Source: Macrostomum hystrix
Taxonomy: Eukaryota > Animalia > Platyhelminthes
Assembly (NCBI GenBank): GCA_950097015.1
Contig: CATNEN010000011.1
Span: forward strand, 4,650,001-4,714,000
Length of the DNA stretch: 64,000 bases
Direction: 5' to 3'
The notes beneath the pieces are model-generated. The model was not told where the DNA came from and searched no databases. It was given only the letters and a program-made list of their open reading frames with translations. The translations under genes were made by a program, and so were the position numbers. Below, piece after piece: positions 13,425 to 26,842 of the stretch (position 1 is its first letter; each line of letters opens with the position of its first letter).

Positions 13425-16400
13425 TCAATTGGCCTCCTCAATGGAGTGACAGGGGTGCATCTGGGCTGCCACCACCTGCGAGGTCGAGGAGCCGGCGTTG
13501 GTCTCGCTCGGCTTGCGCATCGTCGGCATTCTGCGGATTGTGATCTTCTTGTAGCGGTCAAGAAGGCCGGCATAAGTTGAAGGGCCGCTGCTTGGCCGGG
13601 TCATTGTGAAGTTGAACCTCTCAGTCGGGCCCTCCTGGCTGCCCTGGTGATAAAATCGCCTAGCCTTGTCGCGCTTCTGTTTGACTGTGAACATTCGTTT
13701 CATCTCTTTGCGGAAGTAGGTGCTGGCGTAGGAGTAGAGGAAAAAGTTGACGCTGTAGGTCAGGTAGTAGATGGTCTTGGTCACCGTCATGGCGCTTCCA
13801 TAGTGGCCCTGCTTGATACCGTCTCCGCCATCGATCTGCAAGAAGCTGTCAGTGAGGCCGGATCGAATGCGGAACTTCACCACAAAGCTGACAATCCAGA
13901 CTAGATAGTAGGGCCAGGTGAGCAGCAAAAAAGTGGACGAGACAACCACCAATAGGCAGGCGAACTGCTGACCAACGACGTCGTGATTTGTGCAAGAACG
14001 AGAGCGCCTCACAATGAGAAGGTGGCGCGCGATCAAAGCGTTGAAGACAAATATGATAGCTGATGGAATAACCGTTAGTAGGGCAGCATAGGCGGTGTCT
14101 AACACGAACAGCTCCACGTTTGCGCCTGGTCTGGGCAGGCAAACAGTTACGTTGGCATTTAGGCGCTGAGTGATGTGCATGAACGGCTTCCACAGGCAGA
14201 GAGCGTAGCTGTTTGTCACTAGGATGAAAATGATGCGCCTGGCGCTGCGTTTTGTACAAATCCGACGTCGCAGCATTGGATGTCGAACGCCTAGATAGAT
14301 GGACAAATTCAGATGGAAATTATCTGGTCTTCTGCATCGGAGAAGCCTGATTCCCATGGGAGAGACTAGTGTCAAATTACGTCGAATGCTCATTTAGGAA
14401 AAAAAAGAAAAAAAAGATAAGTTGACTGTCTAAATAGCTGCACCAATAATGGTTGTTAATCATAATTGACATCAGTTACGCGACTCCATTAGGCTTAACA
14501 GATTAATAACCTATTCCGAAGATTGAAATCATAATGGCAGACATAGTTATCCGAATGAGCATGCTATGAGTAGCGCTGATATTGATTATGATCAAATAGA
14601 GCTTTGTGATGTAGACAAGGAGAAGATAAATAGACCGTATGTCATGTCTGACAAAGGCAAGAAAGGGACAATATGACGACAGGTTTTTCGTAGACAATTA
14701 CTATTAGATTTCTATTTAGAGATTTGGCACTGGGAGGATTAAAATTGCGAGGTTTACCTAGATACTCGTTAGCCAGGCTCTGTAGCACTAAATTAGCGAA
14801 TCGAATGTCTTGTTCAAATTTAGTTAATACGACTAGCAATTTATGCCCCCCTACGGGGAACTGTACGAGTCATTGGAACGCCAATGTAGTATAGTAGTAT
14901 AGAATATTTAGATAATGTATGCTCGAGGATTGCTCAGTTCACCTGCTCGGAAACTTGATCGGCCTGTCCGGGCTCAGGCAAAGAAAAGTTTATCAGATCG
15001 AGTTTTGAGTCGCGACTATCTCACATATTCATCTTCGTGGGGCCGCCTTTGTGCGTCAATTCCGACCATCTTTCATTTCTCTGATTAAAAGATTTACAAG
15101 CGCCCAATGCGGAAGCGCTCAAGGAAGCGGAATGAACTAAATTGTTGGCTAAAATTGTAAAATCTTGAGGACATTGCTTGAAGGGGCAATTTGAATGAGA
15201 CTTATTATCGAAAAATCTGAATTTCAGTGCAAAACATACGAGCTCGTAATACAAAAACCCTAGGGCCATAATAAGGAATATTAAAATATGCTAATATGCA
15301 TGGATTTCAATTCAAATGATCAGAATATTTTTCTCATATCGGTTTTAGCTACGCTACGAGTGCATCTATTTACATTGAACAGATTTTTATTGGATTCTTT
15401 CACATGATGTCGCTGAGTCATTTTTAATTTCCTGAGCTACGCCGGCAGCAATGGATCCGAAATTCATTACCTCGGCATTTTCAGATTAATTAAAGTGAAA
15501 CCAATAGGGAATGGATGAACGGTCGAAAGAACTCAACAATGAACCACCCAATTTAAAATCAAACGTCACAAGTAAAAGTACAGACAGCTATTCTAGCAGC
15601 CCAGTGCTGAAGACTACCATATAAGAATAATCGTACGCAAATTTATGGTTTTGGTTAGGCAGATGCAGTTGGTTAGTCTGTAAGCCGCTACTGTTGCTGC
15701 AGCCGCACCAAAATTCACTTGTATATCAGCGTAAGTATCATTAGTTTCCGAAGTCGCTGCATCAGTGTCTGAATGCGTGTTGTTGGAGTGTGTTTTTGGG
15801 GATGTTCAGTGAGGTACGAGCGTTTTTTACTCCAAAGAAAGAGAGAGTGGGAGTGATTTGGGAATTCGTTTCCTAACCGTTGGGATTATTTCTCGTAGAT
15901 GTTTATCCGACGAAGGGCCTTAGTAGGTCAGTGTAGCTCACCGCAGCACACCCTCTCTGCCAATCAGTTTTCCATACTAGTCTCTTTTGTTTTCTTTAAA
16001 CCGCTTCTTTGCATTATACATTCACCCTGTGTTAAAGTTACTCGTATCTAATACGTGCTGCTTCTAAAAACAACAAGCTAGTACAGTACTTTAGACGTAG
16101 AGACACTGTGATGTCTAGGTTTTAAACAGGCAGATATGATTTCGAATACATATTTAGCTCCTCCTAAAGTGTCAACTGAAGGGTGGGAAAAATCGAAGAT
16201 TGGAAGCATTCGCAGCTGCGTTAAGAATCGAACTTTGATGTCAGATCAAGTTGTAAAGCTATAGACCATGCGGACTGCCTCAAGGCGGCCGTTGTCGATT
16301 GTCGAATCCAGATTTCTCCTTTTCCTAGTGGTCCACATTTAGACTTTACTCTCGCATTCGTGATTTGCGCCATCACTTTCTTTTCTGAGGACTGAAGACC

Positions 16401-18570
16401 TGTCTATTAGTGTGTGTAGTCTAAAGATTTTAAGATTTAAGATAAGAAACACACATAGAGGTTGTAGCCTAGTGGCGTCGGACTCACGACTTAAAGGTCG
16501 GGGGTTCGATTCCCTTCTCCACTGGAACAATTTGTGCCCTCTAGCAAGACACTTAACTCTGCATTGCTTCAGTTCACCCAGCTGTTAAATGGGTACCAGC
16601 ATTCGCTGGGATAATTGAAGGTGGGTGTGACCTCCAGTCCCCCCAGTCCATGGACTGAACAGCTGTACGCAGCCTTCAGATGCGCCGCGCAATAGCTGCG
16701 GCTGTGCTGTCGGCTGCACATCTGACCCAATTGGGGCAGGTGTAATCAATTATTTATTAATTAATTAGTCTAAAGTTATAAAAAATGTCAAAAGTACACA
16801 TTTCTAGTAGCATCAACAATTATTCTAGCAATTAGACATCAGTATGCAAAAATGTGTTTAGGCTGCTGTCTAACTAAAGGTTTCATACATTATCGTACAC
16901 AAAAAAACACGAAAACAGCGAGTAGCAGTGATATCGTGCCCGGCGTTCTGTCACGCGATTTTATCGATGTCGAATGAGGCAGAAGAATGAGAGGTCCGTA
17001 GAAGGATGGAAGATAATGAGATGACAAAGAAAATTAGGCTTGGAAACACACAAGGCTTTATAATTCTCTGGCAAAAATAATACAAAAGCACGCTAGGTTT
17101 GAAAAAATCAGAAAATGCCCCAGCCCAGATTAACAATTCACTCGCGATGATTAAAATCGACAGATCATCTGGAGCTAATCTTTTCTTAGCGTTTGCTGCC
17201 TTCAATTTGTGAAATTACTTGATTTTGCTGTACGGAAAATGAAAGGCTAGCTTTGTGAATGAAAGCTACGAAAGTCGATCTAAAGCTAAATAAAGTTTCG
17301 AAGGTGAAGCGAACGCGAAGCTTCGACAAATCTACCAAAAATCTACCACAATGCTATCACAAAAACTACCACAAAGCTACCACAAAGCTACCACAAAGTT
17401 ACCACAAAGCTGCCACAATCAATCAAAAAGATACCAAAAATCTACCACAAATCGACCACAATGCTATCACAAATCTACCATAAAACTACCACAAACCTAC
17501 CACAAAACTACTACAAAGCTACCACAAAGCTACCAAAAATCTGCCACAAAGCTACGACAAATCTACCACAAAGTTACCACAAAGCTGCCACAATCAATCA
17601 AAAAGCTACCAAAAATCTGCCACAAAGCTACGACAAATCTACCACAAAGTTACCACAAAGCTGCCACAATCAATCAAAAAGCTACCAAAAATCTACCACA
17701 AATCTACCACAAATCGACCACAATGCTATCACAAATCTACCATAAAACTACCACAAACCTACCACAAAACTACCACAAAGCTACCACAAAGCTACCAAAA
17801 ATCTGCCATAATGCTACCACAAACCTACCACAAAAACTACCACAAAGCTAGCAAAAATCTGCCACAAAGCTACGACAAACCTACCACAAAGTTACCACAA
17901 AGCTGCCACAATCAATCAAAAAGCTACCAAAAATCTACCACAAATCTACCACAAATCTACCACAAAGCTACCACAAACTACCAAAAATCTACCACAATGG
18001 TATCACAAATCTACCATAAAACTACCACAAAACAACCACTCATCTACCACAAAGCTACTTCAAATCTACCACAGAGTTACACAATATGCAGCAAACCCTT
18101 AAGCAGCAGGAGACCTCACCAATGTACCGCTCAACCGTAGACGTGACGAGCATCCAGACGGACACCATGCGAAATGAATAGGAGAAGAACAGCAGGCTCT
18201 GGCACATGATCTGCAAGTTTAGCCAAGCCTTGGCAGCATCCGGCAGGAAGTTCTGCTTCATGAGCCACTCGGGAATGACGTAGAAGATTAGCACAAGTAG
18301 GTCAGCGCCAGACAGACACGCAAAGTACACACTGGCACTCTGATTATGAAATCTGCGCCTGGTGAACACCTTGATGCACAGGGCGTTGCCAACACAGCCG
18401 AGCAGCACAATCAGCGGGGTGACAAACAGGTAGAATAAGCGACAGGCTGAGCACTCAGAGCTAGGCATGTTTGAGTACATCGAGCTCTGAGTAACAGTCG
18501 AGCTCCAGTTTAGAGTGTTGCTATTGCACTTCGGTATGAATGAGCAAAGCATGTTCTCAGTGATCTCCAT
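13425..18570 (-). CDS. Class A (rhodopsin-like) peptide GPCR, FMRFamide-receptor-like, 2 exons, ~438 aa
   Basis: Exon 1 is 18570-18120 (ATG...ERYI G|gtgagg); exon 2 is 14290-13425 (ctag|GC VRHPM...TGA), joined in phase 1. Seven hydrophobic segments with GN (TM1), DL (TM2), ERY (TM3), LLTWPY (TM6) and YSVNFFLY (TM7); N-terminal NxS/T sites. Confidence 0.92.
16460..16770 (+). mobile_element. tRNA-derived CORE-like SINE (family A), in the GPCR intron
   Basis: A-box TAGCCTAGTGG and B-box GGTTCGATTCC, followed by GCAAGACACTTAACTCTGCATTGCTTCAGTTCACCCAGCTGTTAAATGGGTACC (resembles the CORE domain) and an AT-rich tail. Homologous copies at 50350-50590 (-) and 53300-53410 (+). Confidence 0.85.
17325..18075. 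repeat. 11-nt minisatellite (AAGCTACCACA/AATCTACCACA)n, GPCR intron
   Basis: Degenerate 11-mers ending ~45 nt from the GPCR donor at 18119. Confidence 0.95.
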
Positions 18571-20194
18571 AATTGTTCTCAAACTTCTGATTTTGATTTT
18601 CTAATTAGGAAATTTCAATTTAGTTTCCCGCAAGATTCTGCAGGAAAGTGTCGAGATTACTTTCAGGAGAGCGCGCGGGGAATGGGTAGAGAGAGAGAGG
18701 AGAGAAAATAGCTGATTATTATAAGGGGAAAATGAGGAGGTGTTGGGAACAAGCCATGCCTGCTCGTTCGCCATTGGTTGAACACATTTGGCAACGGATG
18801 AGGCAAAAGCTTGAAAAACATAAAATTTTAAAGCCTTATCTAAATGCTACGGCAGTTTTAAAGGACACCGAGCGCAGCATAAATAACGGATTATAATCCT
18901 TCGAGTTGCTTGTTGAATGTGGCAGACTCGTCAGGATTGCGCATAATTCTCAGATTTATGCTCGGGGAATTGCTAGGCCTACTCAAAAACTGAGTTTGCA
19001 AGCAATTCAAAGAACTTGCACAAGATTTTATCAGAGAGGTGTGTCCGATACGTACATAGAAATGCAGAGGCGCCAAGCATCATATTGCGGTGGCGTCTCC
19101 ATAGCAACAGGAATGCTGAGCCAACAATATATAGTGCACTCCCCGCATGAACTAAACTGCAGCCGAGAAGAGCAGACAAAGAGATGCTTCTAGAAGGAGG
19201 AGGAGAGGGAAGAAAGCAAGGCAGAGGCCGCCGAGACACTTCAATTTGCTGCCGGTGGCACTCGAGAACCGCCGGGAATTGTCTCTCCTAAGAAGAAGAA
19301 GAAGAAGAAGACGATTGAAGAGAGAGAGAGGCCGGGTGTGCATGCCGAGGTCCTCCTGTCAATCTATCTTGGCAGGGTCTATACGAGCAAGAATACGATT
19401 GGCACTGGCGCCCTCTTGTCACGCTATACTCCACACCGCGATGCTCTATCACAAAAAATACGAGAAATGATTATCATTTTTCCAGCTAGGCCTTCAAAGA
19501 AATATTTATAGGCAAAAATGAATGGCGGAAATCTGCTGTGTGAGCTAAAGTACCTTGGTAATTAATTGTCTTTTATAGGGCCGAGATGGAAATCCCGACA
19601 CCCGACGTCCAACCTTCGCACCGAGGTCCGCGAGCTCGAATCCGCGTCGAAGCGAAATTTATCCAAGATCTGTCGAGTAATTTACGTACACGCTTATAAA
19701 TTTTAGAAAGAATCCCATTACCTTGGCAAATTTATCCCGTTTTGAGATAACGAAGACAGAAATATTAAGCTATGTCAACAAATGCAGTAATTAAATTTTT
19801 CCCAATACCAGTTGCACAATGCAGTCTATATATCGCATAAGATATCTAGCCAATTACTCAATCCCCTTTCATGGGATATTTTTATCCGCAGAATTTCAAA
19901 GCAATTTTTTACAATTGTTCGGTAAATCAATGTAGCAGATTCCATTATTCCATTAGACAGAGAATTGTACTGCAAAGCGACAGCCAACCAGCCAGCAAGA
20001 GAAGAGTAGAATACAATAGTCGGCAATCAGTCGAATAGAGGGGAGAAACATATTTGAAAATTTTTTAGCTACGCAGAATATAATAGTGCGCGTGAAAATC
20101 TGCTTTACGAGCGGACAAGTTCAGCACTATTGTGGAGCGCAGACTGAAGACTGGGATTACACCAGCTATTATCCCAATCCAATGGAATTGAATT

Positions 20195-21695
20195 AGAATA
20201 GAAGGGCGTCAGGGGATTAGAATGGAAGGAGATTAGAATGGAAGGGGATTAGAATGGAATTGGATTAGAATGGAAGGAGATTAGAATGGGAGGGGATTAG
20301 AATGGAAGGAGATTAGAATGGAAGGAGATTAGAATGGAAGGAGATTAGAATGGAAGGGATTAGAATGGAAGGGATTAGAATGGAAGGGGATTAGAATGGG
20401 AGGGGATTAGAATGGAAGGGGATTAGAATGGAAGGGGATGAGAATGGAAGGGGATTAGAATGGAAGGGGATTAGAATGGAAGGGGATTAGAATGGAAGGG
20501 GATTAGAATGGAAGGGGATTAGAATGGAAGGGATTAGAATGGAAGGAGATTAGAATGGAAGGAGATTAGAATGGAAGGGATTAGAATGGAAGGGGATTAG
20601 AATGGAAGGAGATTAGAATGGAAGGAGATTAGAATGGAAGGGATTAGAATGGAAGGGATTAGAATGGAAGGGGATTAGAATGGGAGGGGATTAGAATGGA
20701 AGGGGATTAGAATGGAAGGGATTAGAATGGAAGGGGATTAGAATGGAAGGAGATTAGAATGGAAGGAGATTAGAATGGAAGGGATTAGAATGGAAGGGAT
20801 TAGAATGGAAGGGGATTAGAATGGGAGGGGATTAGAATGGAAGGGGATTAGAATGGAAGGGGATTAGAATGGAAGGGGATTAGAATGGAAGGGGATTAGA
20901 ATGGAATTGGATTAGAATGGAAGGAGATTAGAATGGAAGGAGATTAGAATGGAAGGGATTAGAATGGAAGGGATTAGAATGGAAGGGGATTAGAATGGGA
21001 GGGGATTAGAATGGAAGGGGATTAGAATGGAGGGGGGATTAGAAAGAAAGTGGATAAGAATGGAAGGGGATTAGAATGGAAGGGGATTGGAATGGGAGGG
21101 GATTAGAATGGAAGGGGATTAGAATGGAAGGGGATTAGAATGGAGGGGGGATTAGAAAGAAAGTGGATAAGAATGGAAGGGGATTAGAATGGAAGGGGAT
21201 TGGAATGGGAGGGGATTAGAATGGAAGGGGATTAGAATGGAAGGGGATTAGAATGGAAGGGGATTAGAATGGAAGGGGATTAGAATGGAAGGGGATTAGA
21301 ATGGAAGGGGATTAGAATGGAAGGGGATTAGAATGGAAGGGGATTAGAATGGAAGGGGATTAGAATGGAAGGGGATTAGAATGGAAGGGGATTAGAATGG
21401 GAGGGGATTAGAATGGAAGGGGATTAGAATGGAAGGGGATTAGAATGGAAGGGGATTAGAATGGAAGGGGATTAGAATGGAAGGGGATTAGAATGGAAGG
21501 GGATTAGAATGGAAGGGGATTAGAATGGGAGGGGATTAGAATGGAAGGGGATTAGAATGGAAGGGGATTAGAATGGAAGGGGATTAGAATGGGAGGGATT
21601 AGAATGGAAGGGGATTAGAATGGGAGGGGATTAGAATGGAAGGGGATTAGAATGGAAGGGGATTAGAATGGGAGGGGATTAGAATGGAGGGGATA
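20195..21695. repeat. 15-16-nt purine-rich minisatellite (ATTAGAATGGAAGGGG)n
   Basis: About 1.5 kb of tandem units. Confidence 0.97.
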
Positions 21696-22395
21696 AATAT
21701 TATATGGGATGATTATGTAAAGGAATAAGACTCGAATGGTTTTGGAGTGGCGGGTGATGGGATGGAGGATAAGACTGCAAGGTAAAAATTATAAAAAGCG
21801 GAATGGAATGAGGTAAAATCAGAGCCGTTAAGCCCCAAAGTGCAGATGCATATGTTTGCAGGGTATCTTTTTGTCTGCTTGACTGGCACTTTAGAGCACT
21901 CAATGGTAATTTTACCTGAATTCGAGCAGTCATCTCGTCAGTTCGGATCTCATTGTCAGCTAAAACATGAGCAGACAGCAAATTTTTGTTGTAATATTTT
22001 ATTCGCAAATTTCAAAACGACGAGCACAGAATATTTACACTAGGACTGAATTTTTCTGTCGAGCATTCTCACACAAAAAATCGCTTATAATTCAGACAAG
22101 GACCGAACAGAGCTCAGAAAAAAGCTACATTTGCAAATGTATTCAAAGGCAATGACTTGAGTCATTCGCCACTGGGACTGCTCTCGTAGAGTCCTCAAAG
22201 CCAGGCTTTTGAATAAAAAAGCTGCATTCGCTTGCATCGAGTGTCTCAGCGCACAGCATGCGCTGGGTCCCGCTCGTTTTGTTTATTTTCTGTGAATAAT
22301 AAATCTGAGATGATGCCTGGGCCATTCACGCCACTGTTTGGGTATCTCTTATTTCTGTGACTGCCCTGTTTCGCCCTGGTCCAGTAGCTCTAGGC

Positions 22396-23482
22396 CAGGG
22401 GTCGGCAACCTTATATACCCCGCGGGCTAAAGAGAGAATCTTAAAGACGACGGCGGGCCGCATGAAGAAAGGGGAGAGATTAGACATGTGAGAGACCAGA
22501 CATGTGAGAGACCAGACAGGTGAGAGATGAGACAGGGGAGAGATGAGACAGGGGAGAGATGAGACGGGAGAGATGAGACAGGAGAGATGAGACAGGAGAG
22601 AGATGAGACACATGAGAGATCAGACATGTGAGAGACCGGACAGGTGAGAGATGAGACAGGGGAGAGATGAGACGGGAGAGATGAGACAGGAGAGAGATGA
22701 GACGGGAGAGATGAGACATGAGAGAGATGAGACAGGAGAGAGATAGGACAGGGGAGAGATGAGACAGGGGAGAGTTGAGACAGGGGAGAGATGAGACAGT
22801 GGAGAGATAAGACGGGAGAGATGAGACATGAGAGAGATGAGACAGGAGAGAGATGGGACAGGGGAGAGATGAGACAGGGGAGAGATGAGACAGTGGAGAG
22901 ATAAGACGGGAGAGATGAGACATGAGAGAGATGAGACAGGAGAGAGATGGGACAGGGGAGAGATGAGACAGTGGAGAGATAAGACGGGAGAGATGAGACA
23001 GTGGAGAGATGAGACGGGAGAGATGAGACAGGGGAGAGATAAGACGTGAGAGATGAGACAGTGGAGAGATGAGACTGGATAGATGAGACAGGGGAGAGTT
23101 GAGACAGGGGAGAGATGAGACAGTGGAGAGATAAGACGGGAGAGATGAGACAGTGGAGAGATGAGACAGTGGAGAGATGAGACGGGAGAGATGAGACAGG
23201 GGAGAGATAAGACGTGAGAGATGAGACAGTGGAGAGATGAGACTGGATAGATGAGACAGGGGAGAGTTGAGACAGGGGAGAGATGAGACAGGGGAGAGAT
23301 GAGACAGGAGAGATGAGACAGGAGAGAGATGAGACAGGGGAGAGATGAGACAGGGGAGAGATGAGACAGGGGAGTGATGAGACAGGGTTTACTGTAGAGT
23401 AGGTGTTAGGAGGAGCTAAGGGCCGGATTTGGGAGCTTCGAGGGCCGCATCTGGCCCGCGGGCCGGAGGTTGCCGACTCCTG
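22396..23482. mobile_element. Non-autonomous hAT (Buster/Charlie-type) DNA transposon/MITE carrying an internal satellite
   Basis: 15-bp TIRs CAGGGGTCGGCAACC (22396-22410) and GGTTGCCGACTCCTG (23468-23482, 1 mismatch). Perfect 8-bp TSD CTCTAGGC at 22388-22395 and 23483-23490. Subterminal GCGGGCCG motifs; no transposase ORF. Confidence 0.93.
22480..23385. repeat. 14-16-nt satellite (AGATGAGACAGGGGAG)n inside the hAT element
   Basis: Degenerate tandem units that fill most of the element. Confidence 0.95.
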
Positions 23483-23512
23483 CTCTAGGCGGACACTGTC
23501 TGACCTATTCTC

Positions 23513-24500
23513 ATATCTAACTAGTCTGATATCTAACTAGTCTGATATCTAACTAGTCTCATATCTAACTAGTCTGATATCTAACTAGTCTCATATCTAA
23601 CTAGTCTCATATCTAACTAGTCTCATATCTAACTAGTCTCATATCTAACTAGTCTCATATCTAACTAGTCTCATATCTAACTAGTCTCATATCTAACTAG
23701 TCTCATATCTAACTAGTCTCATATCTAACTAGTCTCATATCTAACTAGTCTCATATCTAACTAGTCTCATATCTAACTAGCCTCATATCTAACTAGTCTC
23801 ATATCTAACTAGTCTCATATCTAACTAGTCTCATATCTAACTAGTCTCATATCTAACTAGTCTCATATCTAACTAGTCTCATATCTAACTAGTCTCATAT
23901 CTAACTAGTCTCATATCTAACTAGTCTCATATCTAACTAGTCTCATATCTAACTAGTCTCATATCTAACTAGTCTCATATCTAACTAGTCTCATATCTAA
24001 CTAGTCTCATATCTAACTAGTCTCATATCTAACTAGTCTCATATCTAACTAGTCTCATATCTAACTAGTCTCATATCTAACTAGTCTCATATCTAACTAG
24101 TCTCATATCTAACTAGTCTCATATCTAACTAGCCTCATATCTAACTAGTCTCATATCTAACTAGTCTCATATCTAACTAGTTTCATATCTAACTAGTTTC
24201 ATATCTAACTAGCCTCATATCTAACTAGTCTCATATCTAACTAGTCTCATATCTAACTAGTCTCATATCTAACTAGTCTCATATCTAACTAGTCTCATAT
24301 CTAACTAGTCTCATATCTAACTAGCCTCATATCTAACTAGTCTCAAATCTAACTAGTCTCATATCTAACTAGTCTCATATCTAACTAGTCTCATATCTAA
24401 CTAGCCTCATATCTAACTAGTCTCATATCTAACTAGTCTCATATCTAACAATTCTCATATCTAACTAGTCTCATATCTAACTAGTCTCATATCTAACTAG
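23513..24500. repeat. 16-nt minisatellite (CTAACTAGTCTCATAT)n
   Basis: Highly homogeneous array starting ~25 nt after the hAT right TSD. Confidence 0.97.
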
Positions 24501-25714
24501 TCTTATCTCATCCGTGTCTCAAATCTACCCAGTCTTATCTCTACCACATCTCATAGGTCCCACGGATATAGGTAGATATAAGACACCGATTTAAACATAT
24601 TTTAAACAACGGGTGTGGCAGTCTTCAGCTGTTACCAGAGAAATACATTGTTAAAAAACGCGGAAATCAAGACGGTTTAGATTAGATTAATTGGCCAGTT
24701 GTTTAAAGCACATTTCATCAAACCACCGCCAATTGAGGAACGCACCGGTGAGTGAGTACGCCAGTTCAGGCCGCTAATTATTCCAATAAAAAGTACAAAC
24801 GCGCTCTGATAATAAGAAACTCTAACCACCTGTCGATTAAGGCGTCAAAGAAAAAATCCTCAACTGGAATACTTGAAGCCCTATTGTCGTCATTGTCGTT
24901 TACAAGGTCTACTTGGCGACAAGTGTGTGTGTGTGTGTGTCGCAGACAATGTTGAGTAATTCACATGATGCAGCACCGTCCCAGGTCCCAGCTGTCACGC
25001 CTGAACGGGGCTCTAGGACAACCAGACAATCTCGCTGATTATTAGAAATAAGAATAAAAAGAAAGTGAAAGCTACCAGAGCTTGACAATGACATGAAGGG
25101 TTGCCCCACCCATCCTAAGGGCTTGGCATTGTAGACAGCCTGGGATGCATCATCTCAAAAATTATCTGAGAAATGGCCAGGTTGCTAAGGAGGGCAGGTG
25201 AGGAAGACAGAGAGAGGCATTTGTAAGACAAAAAACCACACTTGTGGGCCTGCAATAGTGCTACATCAGTCAGGCCAAAGGGAAAAATCCATACAAAAAA
25301 ATTCTGTCTCTCCGTCTCACGGTTAGCGCTGCGTGCGTGCATTCAGAAGCGAAGTTTTAAGAGGCCGCTGCTGAAAGAAGAGACGCCTTTCTAGATTTGT
25401 TTTTTGGCAACGCGAAAGTGCAAAACCGGTGGCTTTCCAAGGCGATGATTCGATCGACCAACCTACAAATCTGCTAAAACATAAGTTTTTTTCGCCCACT
25501 AAGAAAATCTATATTTTTTTAGCTTTTAGAAGAGAATATGCATCGATGGCTTTCGCAGGATTGGAAAGAAACTAAATAGATTGTATTGCAAGAATAGCTT
25601 TGGCTAATTCGAAAGCATACCTGACTATCTATAGTCTGTATCATTTAGTCTTTTTATTTTACTGTAGCGAAACGACCAATTTAGAAATAGTTGAAAGCAG
25701 TGGCTTACAGTTCC

Positions 25715-25975
25715 GTAGCCTAGCTTTTAAGCGCGTCGGACTCGCGATATGAAGGTCGAGGATTCGATTCCCGGCTCCTATCAATGGCGCATCATTTGGT
25801 GACACTAGACCCGCAGCCAGCGAGGAGGCAATTCTGCCCATTTCGCTGACTCCTGAGCACACACGCTCACACAGGTGTGTACATCTGCCCGACTTTCTCA
25901 TCGCCAGGCAGTGTACACTCTCACTGTGCCTTGGAGGTTGGCGCGAAAGGCAAACGCGTTAGACCACCGACACCC
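25715..25975 (-). mobile_element. SINE family B copy (minus strand, internally deleted) abutting a plus-strand tRNA-like head
   Basis: TTCGCTGACTCCTGAGCACAC...GGCAGTGTACACTCTCACTGTG is shared with 39437, 58440, 58690, 61300 and 47311. A plus-strand head GCGTCGGACTCGCGATATGAAGGTCGAGGATTCGATTCC lies at ~25733-25771. Confidence 0.8.
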
Positions 25976-26842
25976 TAATAAGGTAAGAAATTGAGCAGAA
26001 GAAATAAAACAAAAAAGTTAATTTTACATAAAACGCATCATGCATTTTTTCATGTCAAATAAAAATACTGTTAAAGTAAATAAAGACGACACAGTAATGG
26101 AACCGTAGGAATGTACTTCAGTTAAATACTAGACCATTTATCATGAATAATAAATGACAGTCGTACGCGGCTGCAGTTTCAATTGTTCATTGACAATAGA
26201 TTAAGTTAGACATCTTTAATTAGTAATTAGGCACTGCAGATAAAATTAAATTTTAGTCAAGCTGACATTGATTTACGAAGACAAAACGATGACGAAAAAC
26301 TGTTCTAGCTAAGTTTTCTTACATACAATTTTTCGTCTATACTAAATCCTTGATTACAGGAACATAGTAACTTTACACAGTCGATTGTGAAGGCTGTGTG
26401 GCTGCGTGAATATGAAAGGGAATTTCGTGGTGCTGCATTATATACATTTAGCACATAAAACAGTAACAGATGAATGAGGAGCAATTTATCCTGAAGGGAT
26501 TGTAGTGTGCTATTCTATGGGATAATTTTCCCAAATGGGATAGGTTTTATAATATGGGATAATTTTCATTATACGGGAGGATTTTCCTAAATGGGATAAT
26601 ATGTCTATAGAAGAATTGTCAATTTCATTGGTAATTTGACAAGGTGAGATTATTTGTCCGTTTAGGGAAAATTCGGACTTAATATGGGAAGACAATTGTA
26701 TGAAAAATGTATACAATAAGTATGGGGATAGTTTGTCGAACTGAATAAAATTGTCTCAAGAAATTCTTAGGGCATAGGTTTAATAAGAGTGGTGATAAAA
26801 AAAGTGATAAAGTGACTGTGAGACTGGCAGTTGCTGAAACAA

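Noticed and set aside
16460-16520. Functional tRNA genes at the tRNA-like heads (also 6021, 19615, 25733, 39600, 50540)
   Set aside because: A and B boxes are present, but I could not fold a complete cloverleaf with an acceptor stem, and most heads run into a repeated SINE body.
20195-21695. Telomeric repeat
   Set aside because: The unit is ATTAGAATGGAAGGGG, not TTAGGG or TTAGG, and it is internal with genes on both sides.
24920-25330. Second (CA)n-tailed LINE 3' end on the minus strand
   Set aside because: Only a short GT tract and GC-richer sequence; no convincing RT or CCHC motif or nucleotide match to the 47548-50130 element.
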